A stretch of DNA of 64,000 nucleotides, from contig NC_058134.1 in assembly GCF_016433145.1 (NCBI RefSeq), positions 183,257,094-183,321,093 on the forward strand. The letters run 5' to 3'. A program made the position numbers and the translations under genes. The notes beneath the pieces are model-generated. The model made no database searches. It saw only the letters and a program-made list of their open reading frames with translations, and was not told the origin of the DNA. Positions 39,743 through 53,599 of this stretch are shown one piece after another; position 1 is the stretch's first letter; the number at the start of each line of letters is the position of its first letter. This DNA is from Gracilinanus agilis (lineage: Eukaryota).

Positions 39743-41390
39743 AGTTGCAGAGGAAGGATCATGGATGGAAATTACAGGGAAATAGGCTCAATTTAAGGGG
39801 AGAAGTCCCAATGATTAGAGATATCCTTAAGAGAATGAGTTGTGCCAAGAGAAAATAGTTTCATAGAATCATAGATTTAGTGATAAAGGACTTCAGAGTA
39901 CCAACTTCCTCCTCCACCCTACTCCTCCCCCACCTACTTTTTAGATAAGAAAATAAGTTCAAAAAAGGGAAATGACTTGTCCAGGGTCACACAAGGTGAC
40001 TTTGTTTGGATTCAAAACCAGTGCCTCCCATTCTGATATAGCTCAATTTCCAGAGCTACCTTTTCATTTTTAAAAATTATATGAGAGTAAGCTTCAGTTA
40101 AGTGTTAATAAAACCATAGCATCAGCTAATCTTCCCTTTAACAAAGAATACTTACTCATGTTCAGTTAAATTGAAATTTAATTCAATTCAGTTAAATTGA
40201 AATACTAAGCATTTAGTAAGTATTGGACATTGTGGCACCACCTACATGGTATGGGTACAAAAAAAATAAGGCAGGGTTCCTCTTAAGAAGTTTACCATCC
40301 ATTAGAAATTGAGAGAGGCTGTACCCAGACAGTTCAAATATAGGTACACTACAGGCCTGTCATAAGCAAGATGCTTCAGTGAATCTGTAATCTCATTAGG
40401 GTTGCTTAGGTAGGTAATATCCTCCTATAAATCATTCCCAGGAAACCCACCCTATGAGCTAAGGATTCTTGCTTGAGTTCTCTTGGCATTTCATAGATGG
40501 ATACCAATGGAACATATAGGCTTAATTATCAGTCATCCCTTCCTCTCACTAATGTGATCAGACTTTTTTCTCTCTAATCACACCTCTGCTTTTCCTGTAT
40601 AATTCAAGAAAATGACTTTACAATTTCTGTTTTTCATCTATTGATTGTCCTTTGTCTAGTTTCATTCTTAAATGCCCTTAGGATATATTGTTTAGTTGTA
40701 TCTCTTGCCAAGCTTTTTAATTTTCCAGTTACTGTTTCTTGCTATTTTATGAGGTGGTTGTTATAATCTTCCATTGTCTTAAAATTTATGAACAAGTTTA
40801 AAAATCAAGAATCTATGTTGCCCTTGGCCACTCTCTTTTCTTGCAAATTGATTAAAAGTTCTTTGAGCAAAGGCTAGGTGGTCCTATTGTGGTGATTCTT
40901 ACTGAAGTGTAGGTTGGTCTACAGGGCTTCTGAAACAGTTTCCACCTTTAAATATTCTTGTATTGTTGACTCTATAGATATAGTCAATGTATATATATGT
41001 GTGTGTGTATATATATAAAATATAGAGTATATATCTATATATAGCATACACACACACAGCTAATGTAAATTAGATTACCTAGTTCTGTTAGAGCATTTGT
41101 CTAATTAGACAGCTTATGCTAGATTATACTGACCCTTCTGGGTGAATACATGGTAATTCTAGGGGTAGCAACTGTTGAAACTAATATTAGAATTCAGGGA
41201 GTTGGTATTATGCCATACATTTTACTGAAAACAAGTTGGCATTCTCAATCTAGTGGTAACAGTAAAAAAGGATCACAGGCCTAATCACACACATTCTAGG
41301 TTGATTTCAGTTTTGAGAATTAAAGAACTATTAATTTTTTAAAGTTAAATGTCAAATAGTTCACTTTTCACAGATTTGTGGTCCATTTTC

Positions 41391-41568
41391 TTTTCTTTTT
41401 TTTTTTTTAAACCCTTATCTTCTGTGTATTGGCTCATAGGTGGAAGAGTGGTAAGGGTGGGCAATGGGGGTCAAGTGACTTGCCCAGGGTCACACAGCTG
41501 GGATTTGAACCTAGGACCTCCCGTCTCTAGGCCTGACTCTCAATCCACTGAGCTACCCAGCTGCCCCT
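41391..41568 (-). mobile_element. Young SINE1_Mdo-like SINE with a short internal deletion
   Basis: Perfect 12-bp TSD TGGTCCATTTTC at 41379-41390 and 41571-41582. Confidence 0.92.
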
Positions 41569-44137
41569 TATGGTCCATTTTCAAGAGATGAAAGTTATTA
41601 TTAAAAATATTCTCATTGCAGAATTGTTTGAATTATATTTTAAAAGGAAAATAACCATTGCCAACTATGAGTAAGGAAATCTTCAGGTGTTAAATTCCTT
41701 TAACTTAATTGAAGCATCTGTAAATTTTGTTCAGTAGATTTAAGATCTAGAGTTATAGCTCTAGGCAAAAAGCAACCTCAGAAGCCTGAAGCTTTCTGTT
41801 GTGTTTCTTAGAAGCATAGAGGCCTTTATTTTTTTCAATCACCAAATATTTGTTTATTAATACTTAGTGTGTGCTAGGGTCTATCCTGGGCTCTGTAGAT
41901 AGAAACAATCCCTGATTTATAAAATGATTAAAAATAAGTTTTGTATTCTGAGGTTTGTTTGGTTTTGGTTTTGAGTGTGTGTATGTATAACTATTCTCTG
42001 ATCTACTTCTCATTAAGAAAGTATTGTTTAAAAGAGTAAAGTTTTAACAATAAAAGTTCATAATGTAGCACATAGCATTATTTAGATTAGTAAGTAAATC
42101 ATTTATTAAGTCCTTGCCATGTACCAGGCACTATGCCAGGCTCTGGCAAAAACAAAAGTCTGTCCTCAATGACAACACATAAAAGGGAATTATAGGAGGT
42201 GGTGGGGTGGGGACAGCACTCTGTGCAGGGGAAAGGTGGAAAAGTAGTTTTCGAAAGTTGGGAGCAGATTTGAGTTAGGACTCATATGTTTATTGTGGAT
42301 GTTTCTTCAAATGGAAGTTTTACGAAGGAACTCTCCAATCAGAAGAGGCAACAAGGAGAGAGGTGTTTGTATCAAAGCCATTAGTGTAGAGGTAGAAAAG
42401 TAGAAAAAGTGGAGGTAATTGGTGACAATTTATTTAGAAATGTGGAACGATAAATTCTGAAGTCTGAGTTTAAGATAGTTTCAGCTCCAGAGGGATGTAC
42501 TATCTTGAAAACCATTTGAGGATTTTTTTAAAGCAAGTAATAATTTTCTCTGTATTTTCATACCCACAAACACATATTAAATTGTACTGTTCTTTACTCT
42601 TCATTCTCCAGTGCCCAGCAGCTTCCTATGTTTTCCCAGTCTTTCATCTACACACACCTTCCAAATTGATATAAAGTATAATTCTGATCATGCCATTCAG
42701 AATAGAAAACATATTCCCCACTTAAACCAAGGACAGTTTCAGGTTAGTAACCTGGGAATAATCCTTGATTCTATTTCCCTCCCCACTTCTAATCAGCTGT
42801 CAGCTCTTAATGATACTACTGCTACAGCATTGCCTGAATCAGCTATCTCTATTTTTACTTACAAGGTCAGTACCCTAGAGTTCAGGTTTTCATTGTCTTT
42901 CACCAGGACTATTGCAGTAGCCTTAATGTTCTGTCTCCAGTTTCTCCCTTAAAAATTTTTTTTTCCACAACTGACAAATTATTCCTAAAATATAGATCTG
43001 AGAATGTCATTTCTCCTCCTCAAAAACCCTCAATGACTCAATATTATCACAAGGATAAAAAACAAAAACAAACACTTTGTCCTAAAATTTATAGCTCTCC
43101 TTAATCTAGCCCTCGATTTACTTTATTTGTTCCCTCTTATCACTTTCCAGCCAAAGTTTTTCTGAACTCATAGTATAATCCCCCTCCCCCACTATACTCA
43201 TTGTTCAGCACATCATTCCAGGCTTAGCTTAATTAACTACCACCTTCCTGGATCTTCCCAACCTTTCTCTTCAAATGATCTATCTAGTATGTACTCACTT
43301 GTAGACATGTCGTATTTCCCCAGTAGACTGTAAGTTCCTTGAGGTCGGGGACTTTTTTTTTTTCTTGTATCCTCTGAGCCTAATGTAGTTCATTGAATAT
43401 AGTAGGCACTAAATATCATTTGAATGGAAACACTTAGGGAGACTCTTAAATGATGTCTTTATCAGTAACAGCGAAAAACTTGTCTTTTTTATTTGGTCAA
43501 ATGTAGGGTATGTTTTGGTCTTTGATCTCAGACTTTAGCCTATGGAAACAGGAAGTTAAAATAATTGTTCAGTCTCTTAAAAATGTTTACTTCACAAGCT
43601 GTAAATTTTTCTAGCTTCCTTTTATATCATTTGAACTGAAATGAAAACATTATTTAACTTCTGTATCACATAATATGAAAATTTCTAATCTAAATCCAAT
43701 TATATTTATTGTAAATTGACTCCTAATATAGGAAACATGGTACATACAACTGGCTTCAAAGTTTCAGTAATAAAAACTTTTAAATATGTTGTATAAAGTT
43801 TTTCCCAAGTTCTTGGAATATGAAAACTTGCCACTTTGTAAGTATATGCAGCACTTTGTTATGAAAACTTTAGCTAAATGTAAACTAATGGAAGGAATCA
43901 TAAGGAATATATAATAAATAGAAAATTCACATCTCTGTGAGGTCAGTTGATTAATTGTAAAATCAGCATAAAAGAGATAAGTATATTTAAGAAAGGAAAT
44001 GGTAGCTAATTGGCTCTTCAGATTCTTAATTTTCATATTGATTAAGTAAGCATTCTCTTGATAATGAAATTTCATTTTGAAATGACCTCCCAATGATGAA
44101 AATCATACTTTTAATTCCAATAAATGAAATTTGTGCT

Positions 44138-44176
44138 GGTGGTGGTGGTGGTGGTGGTTGTTGTGGTGATGGTGAT
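44138..44176. repeat. (GGT)n trinucleotide repeat with degenerate end
   Basis: Directly visible. Confidence 0.9.
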
Positions 44177-45884
44177 TCTTTTGAATTAATGTCTTCCTAT
44201 TCTCTCTCTGCATTGTTAGAACCAAAATTACACCTTTATTTAATGGTGATGGGTATGTTTGTGCTAAAAAAAAATTCAAGCCCTCAGCCTAAATTGAGCA
44301 GTAATCTTTTTATGTTCCTGCTACAGAATAGTAAGAGCACAACAATCTGTTATTTTTTTCATAGCACTTATTCTGGCACTTGCACATAGTTCCTAAAAAT
44401 GATTTATTTTTGGAATAAAAATTAAATTTTTCTGATGTATCAAGAAAATGAGCTTTTACTTGATTTTTTGGAAGTATTAAATTTTTAAAGTTAAGATTTA
44501 TCAAGAACTTCCTTTATAAAAAGAATTTAAGTACATTAGCATTATTTTAAAATTCAAGACCACTTCTAATCATTTTATTTTCATGATAATCTTAATTTTT
44601 TAAAAATGCTCTTGCCCTTTGAATGAATTAATATTAATGATAGGTATAAAACTAATCATAGAAAATATAGAACCACTATGGTTTTAAATGGGGAAACTTA
44701 CATTTATAGAATTTTGTTCAAGTTTTATCTATCTTAAGCTCAAATTGATTTAAGTAAAGAACAAACATCTTTTCAGGCAAAATGTTTTGTTTGAGGAGAA
44801 AATTCAGATTGTCAATGAAATATTTGAAATCTTATGGAAATGTCAATATAACTATTGCATAAAGTTTTAGAAGCTTTTGCTCTGAAAAAAATAGAAGGTA
44901 AAACTTGTATTTGACAAAAGTTCAAAGTGTTATAGTTTTACCATTATAATTTAAAATTCTACTGTAGTAGTATTGGCCACCTTCTTGGGATGGGCCAGTG
45001 TTGATTTATTACCTTGTCTCATTTGGCACTTAGTCTTTTATTGGAAGAAAAGATTTGAAAGTACTTTTTTGAATCCATCTTGCCACATACTAGCCTTCAA
45101 GTGGCTAGATGGAAAATAAAGATGAATGAATGATAGCTTTGTCAAAGTGCTATAAATATGTTATCTTATTTGAATGTGTTCTATCCTCCAAATTTATTTT
45201 TAAGACTTTATTGAAGGTAAAAACTTATTTCATTCAAAATGGATTCAATTCTCAAATATTTCTAGCTATGGCTAGACTGTAGGTGGTAAATATAATATTG
45301 AGTGCTATATTTGGTTTCAGTAATGTCTCTAACTTAGTTTGGAGGACTTTTTGAAAAGTGAAAGCTATAAAAATGAACCTCACAGTTGCACCAGAAAATC
45401 AGTGGCAAAGTATCAGTTATTTTTCCTAAGGCCAAATAGGCATAATTCCATTACTGCTACTATGCTAGAAATGAGATAAAATATAATGCCTTAAACAGAA
45501 GAGAGAACTTTAAAATTGTGTTTACTAATTTTTTTTTACTACTTTGCTAAAAGTTTGTATTAATGCTTAGTAAAAGGGGGAAATACATATATAAAAGATA
45601 TACATATATATATATACACAAAGTTTTTTAGTTTTGATAGACTTCTCCCATCCATACTGACTTTGTTAAGCAACTCTTAAAATAATCCAGTATTCTTGCC
45701 TAGATGGGAATATTGCAACCCCCTCCTTTTAAAAAACAAACAAACCAAAAATCATGGTGAATGATGTTAATCCTATTTTTTTCAAGTGAAGCTCACTTAT
45801 TCAATTTTATTCCACATGGCTATCCCAATAAATTATTTTTAGCAATGAAACAAACCTTTAAAGGAGTTGTGTTTTACAATGCAG

Positions 45885-46004
45885 AGAGTGGAGGATGCTT
45901 TTTATACATTGGTGAGAGAGATTCGGCAATACAGATTGAAAAAAATCACCAAAGAAGAAAAGACTCCTGGCTGTGTGAAAATTAAAAAATGCATTGTAAT
46001 GTAA
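45885..46004 (+). CDS. KRAS: KRAS exon 4[40 protein letters not shown]
   Basis: Acceptor caatgcag|AGA; TAA at 46002-46004; donor TCTG|gtaagt at 46008/46009 (124-nt exon). Contains palmitoylation Cys180 and CAAX CIVM. Confidence 0.99.
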   Translation, partial: RVEDAFYTLVREIRQYRLKKITKEEKTPGCVKIKKCIVM

Positions 46005-49000
46005 TCTGGTAAGTTGAGCAAATTAAATTTTGGCAGAAAGCTGATGGTCTTTTAAAGGTAACAGTATATGAAATCTTAGAATTGCTTGTGATGGCTTATA
46101 TAGCATTCTAATTTGAAGAAAAATTTTAAAATGTTTACTTTCACTTTTAAAAATTGTTCTAAATTCAAATTATGCAGGAAATTTATGACAGAAAACTTAG
46201 ATTTTGTTTTTAAAGCTAAATCGTTCTTGGGTCATAATTTCCTAATGTAAAATGTGGACATGGGAGTAGTAAATCATAGATGTTAGATAAGAGTTGGGAG
46301 AGACTGTACAGATGAGGAAATGAGCCTGAGGATGTTAAGTGCCTTGCCTAAGGTCACATCTAGTCAGTGTGTGTGTTGATCAGATTGAGTTAGATAATAT
46401 GCAATTCACAAAAAAAAAGATTTATGATTTCCTTAAGGTTTTATGTAATATTCTTTGGCACAAGTGAGAAGGGAATTTAAAATTCTGAATTTAGTATGTT
46501 TTTTATTAGACTGAGTAGCAATCATTTGTGATCCATATTGTAGGGACTTGGAAAGAATTAAAACCTCCCAAAGATAACAAATGTATTCTCTTAACTGTAG
46601 GATCTAGTCCAGTCTATAGATTAGTCCAAGTGTAAACATAAAAGAAATAGTTTAATGTCTCATGCATAGTTGTTACTAAGTAAATTTTTCTAATGTTGAA
46701 CTCTGAAACTGTTCTGCCTTCCTTTTCAGGGAAAAAATGGTAAAATTAATTTATTAAAGCTCTTGCTACTCTTGGACATCAGGAATAGAAATCTTTGATG
46801 AATTTTTAAAATAATATAAAGACAATTTTAGTCTTTTTCTCTTACTTCTAAGTGTTGATTTAAATAAGTCCCCTTAAGGGTGCAGTTTTTCTTAAGTAAT
46901 TTTCATAAAGACTTATGATAAACGTGTATATAAGCCCTCTTCTAATACCTGTCTCATGGCATGGTGACTTAACCTGGGATCTTGAAGACTATGCCAGCAG
47001 ACCATAAGCTGGAAAGGCATCAAGTATAAGCCTGCTGACCAAGTGTATAAGTTGTATAAGTGTTGTCTAGATAAATTATTGAAGTCTTGAAATATTTTAC
47101 TTGTATATAACAGTTTATTGCTTGAATGTTGAATTTCCTACTTGCATTTGGGCACTTGCTAAGAATTATCTTCATTACTGAATGAAATTTTGTTAAATGT
47201 CTGCTATGAGCCAAAGTAATGGGTTAAGTGTTGGGGATACAAATAGAAAAAGTGAGATAGTCCCTGATCTTAAGGAGCTTATAATCTATTAAGAGGAGAC
47301 AATAGACATAGGGATGATTTATCTCCAACTCAGGTGGAAAGGCTCTGTGGTATTTGTGTAGCAGCAAAAGCAGATGAGGAAAAAACAGACCAAGTACAAA
47401 ACTTTAGTCAAAGCTGTGTTTTTAGTGCTATTATATTTTAAATGTTAGTTTTGAATTTTTGAAGCATTTTTTTCTCCCTTATATGTAATTTTTATTTATA
47501 TTGCTCCTTTACTTAACCTCGTACAACCAAAGAAAAATTCATTTTTTGTTACATGATCTGTTAAATGAAATTTCCCTGGATGCTTACTGAATATTGGCAA
47601 ACTTTTTCTTTACTATTTGTTAGTAATGTTAAAATGTTAAAAGTGAACACTTTAAGGCAAAGCACTTTAAACCTCAACCAAACTTCCAGGTGTTACTGCC
47701 TCTGAACATGTAATCATCTCTGTTGGTTGGAACATAAAATTTAGAAAGGGATACTAACTTGTCTACTATCTGAATTACCATGGACAAGCCACTTACCAAT
47801 CACTGTTTCCTGTCATGTGATAATGATATCTACTTGCCCTCCACCCAAGTATATTGTTAGGGTTAATATGATCTGAATAAACACACTCTAAATGAAATGA
47901 TTGTTAATATTGCTATTAACATAGCTGAAAGAATCTCCGTAGTACAATGTATTAAATATCAAACTCAACATCTTGGGAATATGTACTGTTGCTTTTTATG
48001 TAACAAAATGTAGTAAAATACTGGTAGAAATTAAAACTTTCATTAAGTAATTTATAAATTTGCCAAAATATTAGTAAACACACAGATGATGTCATTCTCA
48101 TAATAGTGGCCTGACAGGTTTATTAATAGATGTGTAGAATCTTGTTCCTAAGGCTCCCTCTAGTGACTGACTTGGAAGTATTTACGTTTGTGTATTTTTT
48201 TAAAAAGCATTAATTTTCAGGTTTACCAAATTAATATTTCATGTTCTATATTATACAACTTCTTATTTTTAATAGTGGCAAAGCAAACAGGTATATATGT
48301 TATTTGATTACAAGAAACTCAATCATTTGTGGGGAGGGGAGGAGCCAGCAAGATCAGTGAGACCTATTCCGTATTTCAGACTGCTGTTTTCAGCATTTTT
48401 ATAGCATGCTGTTTTGCCATTCAATTAAATAATTTATCACGTTATAAATGGTTACATGTGGGATTCCATTTTAACAGATTTTCTTTTAACATCCTCCAAA
48501 TCAAGTAGAGCACTGTAGGATATAGCTTATATTTGACAGACTTCTGAAGAACCTGATAGGTTTCTTACCAATTAGCCAAATTATTTAAAAATTATGGTTG
48601 CTTTCTAGTAAATATATAAACTAATAAGAGCAGTGATTCTGTTCCCAAGGGTTTTTTTAACTAACATAATTTACAACTTAAATACTTTGCTGAAAATTTA
48701 TGTATATATTTTACTTAGCAGATGCTTTATTTTTTATATATATATGAATAATATATAATACAAAATAAAATATATATAAACTGTTTTTGGATGAAAGTAC
48801 GTTAGCAAACATTTACATAGCTTAAATGGTAAGGTTCAAATTTTAGGGAGATTGAGATTTAACACAAAAATACATTCAGACTATTTAAGGTTTCTAAATA
48901 AGGAAGCACAATCTATAGATAGATTCACATTTTTAGTTTCTTTTTGTAAAAGTTATTTTTCAGCTTAAAAATTTAGGTCTTGATTACAATTATCCTTGTG

Positions 49001-49379
49001 TAAAATTCAAGCATACTATATTAATGTAGGCCATGATATATTACTGAAATAATGTTATATTTTTTCAAACAAATTATTATACTGTTTAATGATGGCCTCA
49101 ACATAGTAATACTATAAACAATTTTGCTTTTTTTTCTCCCTGTTTTGTATTTTAACTAGCAACACAAACACAAGTGTAAGTGTTCTCCCCTGAAATTATG
49201 AAAAGGGAAGTAACCTAAAAGTATAAAATATGATCATTTAAAAATCTTAAAATGCTTCTGTATATTTTTCCATAAATTTAAGTTCTTTACACAGGACCAA
49301 CCTTAATGTCTCTATCAGCAAAATGTTCCCTATTTATTCAGCATGTAAGATTAATTAGTAGCAATACAGCCCTTACTAA

Positions 49380-49529
<150 letters not shown>

Positions 49530-50290
49530 ATAAAATTTGTACTTTTTTCTCAAAGCATACTTAAGATAATTTTTTGTACATTATACTAAATTATTAGCAT
49601 TTGTTTTTTAGCATTACCTAGTTTTCTTTCTGCTTCATGCAAACTCTTAGCTTTTATCTGAATGCTTATTTTAAAATGACAGTGGAAACTTTATTCCTCT
49701 AAGTGCCAGTATTCCCTTAGTGTTGGTTCTTGAACTAGCAATGCCTGTGAAAAAGAAATTGAATATCTGAGATTTTCCCTCTTGGGATTTTGGTGCATGC
49801 ACACTTGCTATATAACTTTCTATTTTTTCCTTGCCAGTTATGAACTTAGGTGTTTTAACAAATTAATGAAGTATATAATGTTACATGGTTTTTAAAATGA
49901 TCCCTGTATTGTGTTTTTTCTGGTAATGGATTAGTTATTAAGTATTTTAACTTCAATTGAAACTTTAAATAATTGGCTTTATTAATCTTGAAAATATAAA
50001 ACCTCTTAAAGTCTTCCTATAAATTTACCTTATAGTTATCAAGTCGTGTAGTTTCGGATGCCTTTAATGAATGTAAAAGTATGTCATTTAGAATTTTTAA
50101 AGAATTTCCACTGCTACTATTTGTCATAGTCACTCCTTAAAAATATATTTTTTCTATAAAAGAGGAAATAAAATAAAAAAAGAGGCAGTGGAAAATAGTT
50201 AAGGACCTTTTTATTTTCCTACTTTAAATTGATTCTTTCAGGTGGACTCAGTGGCTTTTACTTTCAAGGAAGATCTAGTATATGTTAGAG

Positions 50291-50453
50291 CAGAGGTGGC
50301 AAACTTGTAGCCCCTGAGATGCCTGCTCTCAAGTGAGACCAGAACTAGGTTAAAATGTAATAGGGAAATATATAAATGCAACATAGATAATGTTAATTTG
50401 GGGTTTTTAACTCAACAGCACCCACAGGGATCTATTTCTGTTTGATACCACCA
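50291..50453. mobile_element. hAT MITE inside the KRAS 3' UTR
   Basis: Ends CAGAGGTGGCAAAC / GTTTGATACCACCA; degenerate TSD TGTTAGAG / CATTAGAG. Confidence 0.72.
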
Positions 50454-52606
50454 CATTAGAGGTACCACACTAGAAGGATATCTGAGGTTACATTGAGACA
50501 CTACTTTTTAAAGATGGGGAAAAAAATATGAAGTGCACACAGGTCATAGTCCTCATTTCTTATTGCTTTTTCTCAATGGCTTTAGTTCTTTCTTTGAACT
50601 TAACTCTTTATAAATAATTCAGTTTTCCTTTGGATTTGAATCAAAGAATACATTAGCTTTAACTGTCAGAAATTAACCAGTAACTTAGATACATCTCATA
50701 AAAATTGAATGTAGTTTTACATTCTGGATAAAATTAACTGTAACTTTTCTTAAATGTTACTTACTAAATTTAGGATCATGGAGCATTGTCTAGGCTATCA
50801 AGATATATGCAGTACACCAAGGGAAAGAAATGGCCATACTTAAGAGTTGCAATGCATAAAGGGATTCAAATGTATTTTCTGTAGGGTTCTTGAATTTTTG
50901 ATGAAGCAGGGCAATTAAAGAAAATCAACTATAGGACCGATAAGTTATTCTTCATTACCTAAGTTGTGAGCGGTTTGAGGAAGAGTAAAAGTTTTTGTAG
51001 AATTAAAGGGGTGGAGGGTGGGGGAAAGAAGGAATCCTAGAAGATAAGCGTCATCTAATTATAATAGCCTTAAAATTAAAAATTCAATTATTGAAGTTGA
51101 GAGAATTGACCTAGTCTTAGAATCCCTATAACATGTTTGTGGAAGAATGTAGCAGATATGGATAGTATGCTTTTTGAGTCATTATACAAAAATTAGGAGT
51201 TCTAGGTTCTGTTTGAATTGAACTGAGTCACACTGCATAAGAATTTAGAACCTAACTTTTGTAGAGTATCAAAATCTTTGCCACTTTTGTGCGTTTTTTT
51301 AAAACATTTGTAGAAACCTGGGGCATGTTAAGTTGCAGTTTGCACAGCCTGATCTTATTTGTATTCCAGTGGATTTCTTTTAATATGTTTTCTAAGAACA
51401 TCTCAGATTTGTTTTGATGGCAACAACAACAAAAAAATTCACATCTTAAGTCACTGTATGAATTCATTATAAATTCTACTTGTCAGGAAGTAATACTTTA
51501 TGGTAGCTTTATGTAATCTCGATAATCACCTTCTAAGAAAGCAACCAGCAATTAATAAATAAGTTAAAATTTTAGTTTTTTAATTGTTATGTGTAATTAG
51601 AATCTGTTATCCTAAAAATTACAATTCCCAGCACCCCACTCTTCTCACATTATGTGCTGACGTAGGGAGGATATGAGTGTAGTCCTGCCTCTTGCTCTCT
51701 TCTCTTCCTGTGATCAGGTTTGATGGAGGAAGTGTGAGGTGAGAGCCAGGAAAGTTTTTGCTCACGTGGTCTTAATTTTGTTAATTAGGTTTTTTTTACC
51801 TGTTTCCTTTTTATTCCTTCTACTTCAAGTGATTATTAATAAACTTTATAAAATATAATTCTTGGAGTGTTGGATATTAATTTAAATCCTACAGTTATAA
51901 TCTTGGGTGTTAGGAATTTCATGTAGAGAAAATCAAATAACATGAAACTATACTCTGATTAATTCAGTACAGTAGAGAAAATAATTACTGTTTCTCCAAT
52001 TAACATACTCAAATTAGTTCCTGAGTTTTGTGTTAATTATATAGATTGAGATCTGTGTGTCAGCAACAGCTCTAAGTGCCTAAGTGGAATATTGATAGTG
52101 AACATACAGATTTACTTAAGAGAAACAGGTGGTAGCGAGGAGGAATGTCATTACAGATTCTTTGGGTAATAATTTGCTACATTATGCTACATGGGCTACA
52201 TGATCTAAAAATTCCTAATTCCACTGTCTTTTGTTATCATGTTGAAAATAGTTTTCCTTTTTTTCCTTTTTTTGAGTGCCAACTTCCTACTAGAAACTAT
52301 TTCTTAATGTAACATGTTTACCTGGATTGTATTTTAACTATTTTTGTATAGTGTAAACTGAAACATGCACATTTTGTACATTGTGCTTTTTTTGTGTGTG
52401 GGGGCATATGCAGTGTGATCCAGTTTTTGTCCATCATTTGGTTGCGCTGACCTAGAAATTTTGGTCATACCAGACATAAAAATTTAAGATGACCACTGTT
52501 TTAACTAAAATTAACTTTTAAATGTTTATAGGAGTATGTGCTGTGAAGTGATCTGAAATCGTCATATTTTTGTCTTAAACTGTACTGCTCCTAATTATTG
52601 TAATGT

Positions 52607-52612
52607 AATAAA
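52607..52612 (+). terminator. KRAS: KRAS distal poly(A) signal AATAAA
   Basis: Lies in CTCCTAATTATTGTAATGTAATAAA, equivalent to the human KRAS mRNA end, with GU-rich sequence downstream. Confidence 0.85.
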
Positions 52613-53189
52613 GTTATTGTGGCTCTACTACTACTTGTCTGCTTCCTGTGAATTGGGAATTGATTTCAAAAATCTAAATTCATATTCTAAATTTTGAGCT
52701 ATCAAGGTATATATCAAAGTACTTATGTTTTTAGAGGATTTCCTCTAAGGGAAATTGGATTAGATCATTTCATCATTGACATTCATTAGTCATAAAAAAA
52801 ACTGCTTCCTTGCACGGGTGCCTTAAATCAGTTGATTATTGTTATTTTGTCTTTTAGCACCAGGTGAAAACTTCATCTATTTTTCTTATGTAGTACAGCA
52901 GTTTGGTCTTAAGTCAGATGATTAAATAAAAAATATGTCATCAGTGCATAACAACTCACCTGATTCTCAAAGGAATCTAGTAACAGAATAAAACTATCAT
53001 GTTTTTGGTCTATGGTTCTCGTGATGATCAATGCAAATGCCAAAAAAGTTTTAGTTTGATCATCTAAATCCAATGATTAGTTGGAAGCTATCTTCCAGAA
53101 CAAATATCTCATAAACTCTAAAGACATGCAAAGTTAGGCCAGTTAATGAGTTATCTGATATGAGAATTTCAATATATATATTATCCATA

Positions 53190-53450
53190 TTGATGGATGA
53201 TGTTCAGTCATTTCAACTGCATCTAACTCTCTGTGACCCTGCTTAGGGTTTTCTTGGCAAAGAGAAAGGAATGGTTTGCCATGTCCTCCAGCCTCATTTT
53301 ATACATGAAGAACTGAGGCAAACGGTGAAAAGTGACTTGCCCAGAGTCACATAGTAAGTGTCTGAGGCAGATTTGAACTCAGGAAAATAAGTCTTCTTGA
53401 CTCCAGGTCTAGTACACTATCCACTGTCCATCTAAGTGCTCATAGATTGA
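53190..53450 (-). mobile_element. Mar1-type SINE
   Basis: gttcagtcatttc...ggttttcttggcaaag...gaaactgaggcaaac-like core. Confidence 0.82.
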
Positions 53451-53599
53451 TAGATATCCATAAGATATTACTAATTTTTTTTTTGGACTACAGATCTTGG
53501 ATGTTATTTAATTTCCTTTCAAGTGAACCCTTAACACCTTATGGCACCTTTAACCAAAAAAAACCCCAAACTGTCAACTCCTTTAAAAATTATAAAATA

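Larger units (their letters stand above)
49530..52630 (+). other. KRAS: KRAS 3' UTR (~3.1 kb)
   Basis: The proximal (49530-49875) and distal (52270-52615) blocks closely resemble the human KRAS 3' UTR as I recall it. Confidence 0.85.

Noticed and set aside
45761-45985. 74-aa ORF overlapping exon 4A in another frame
   Set aside because: It starts in the intron and needs an unspliced transcript; best explained as an off-frame by-product.
49530-52630. let-7 target sites in the KRAS 3' UTR
   Set aside because: I found no canonical TACCTC seed match by eye, and non-canonical sites cannot be supported without computation.
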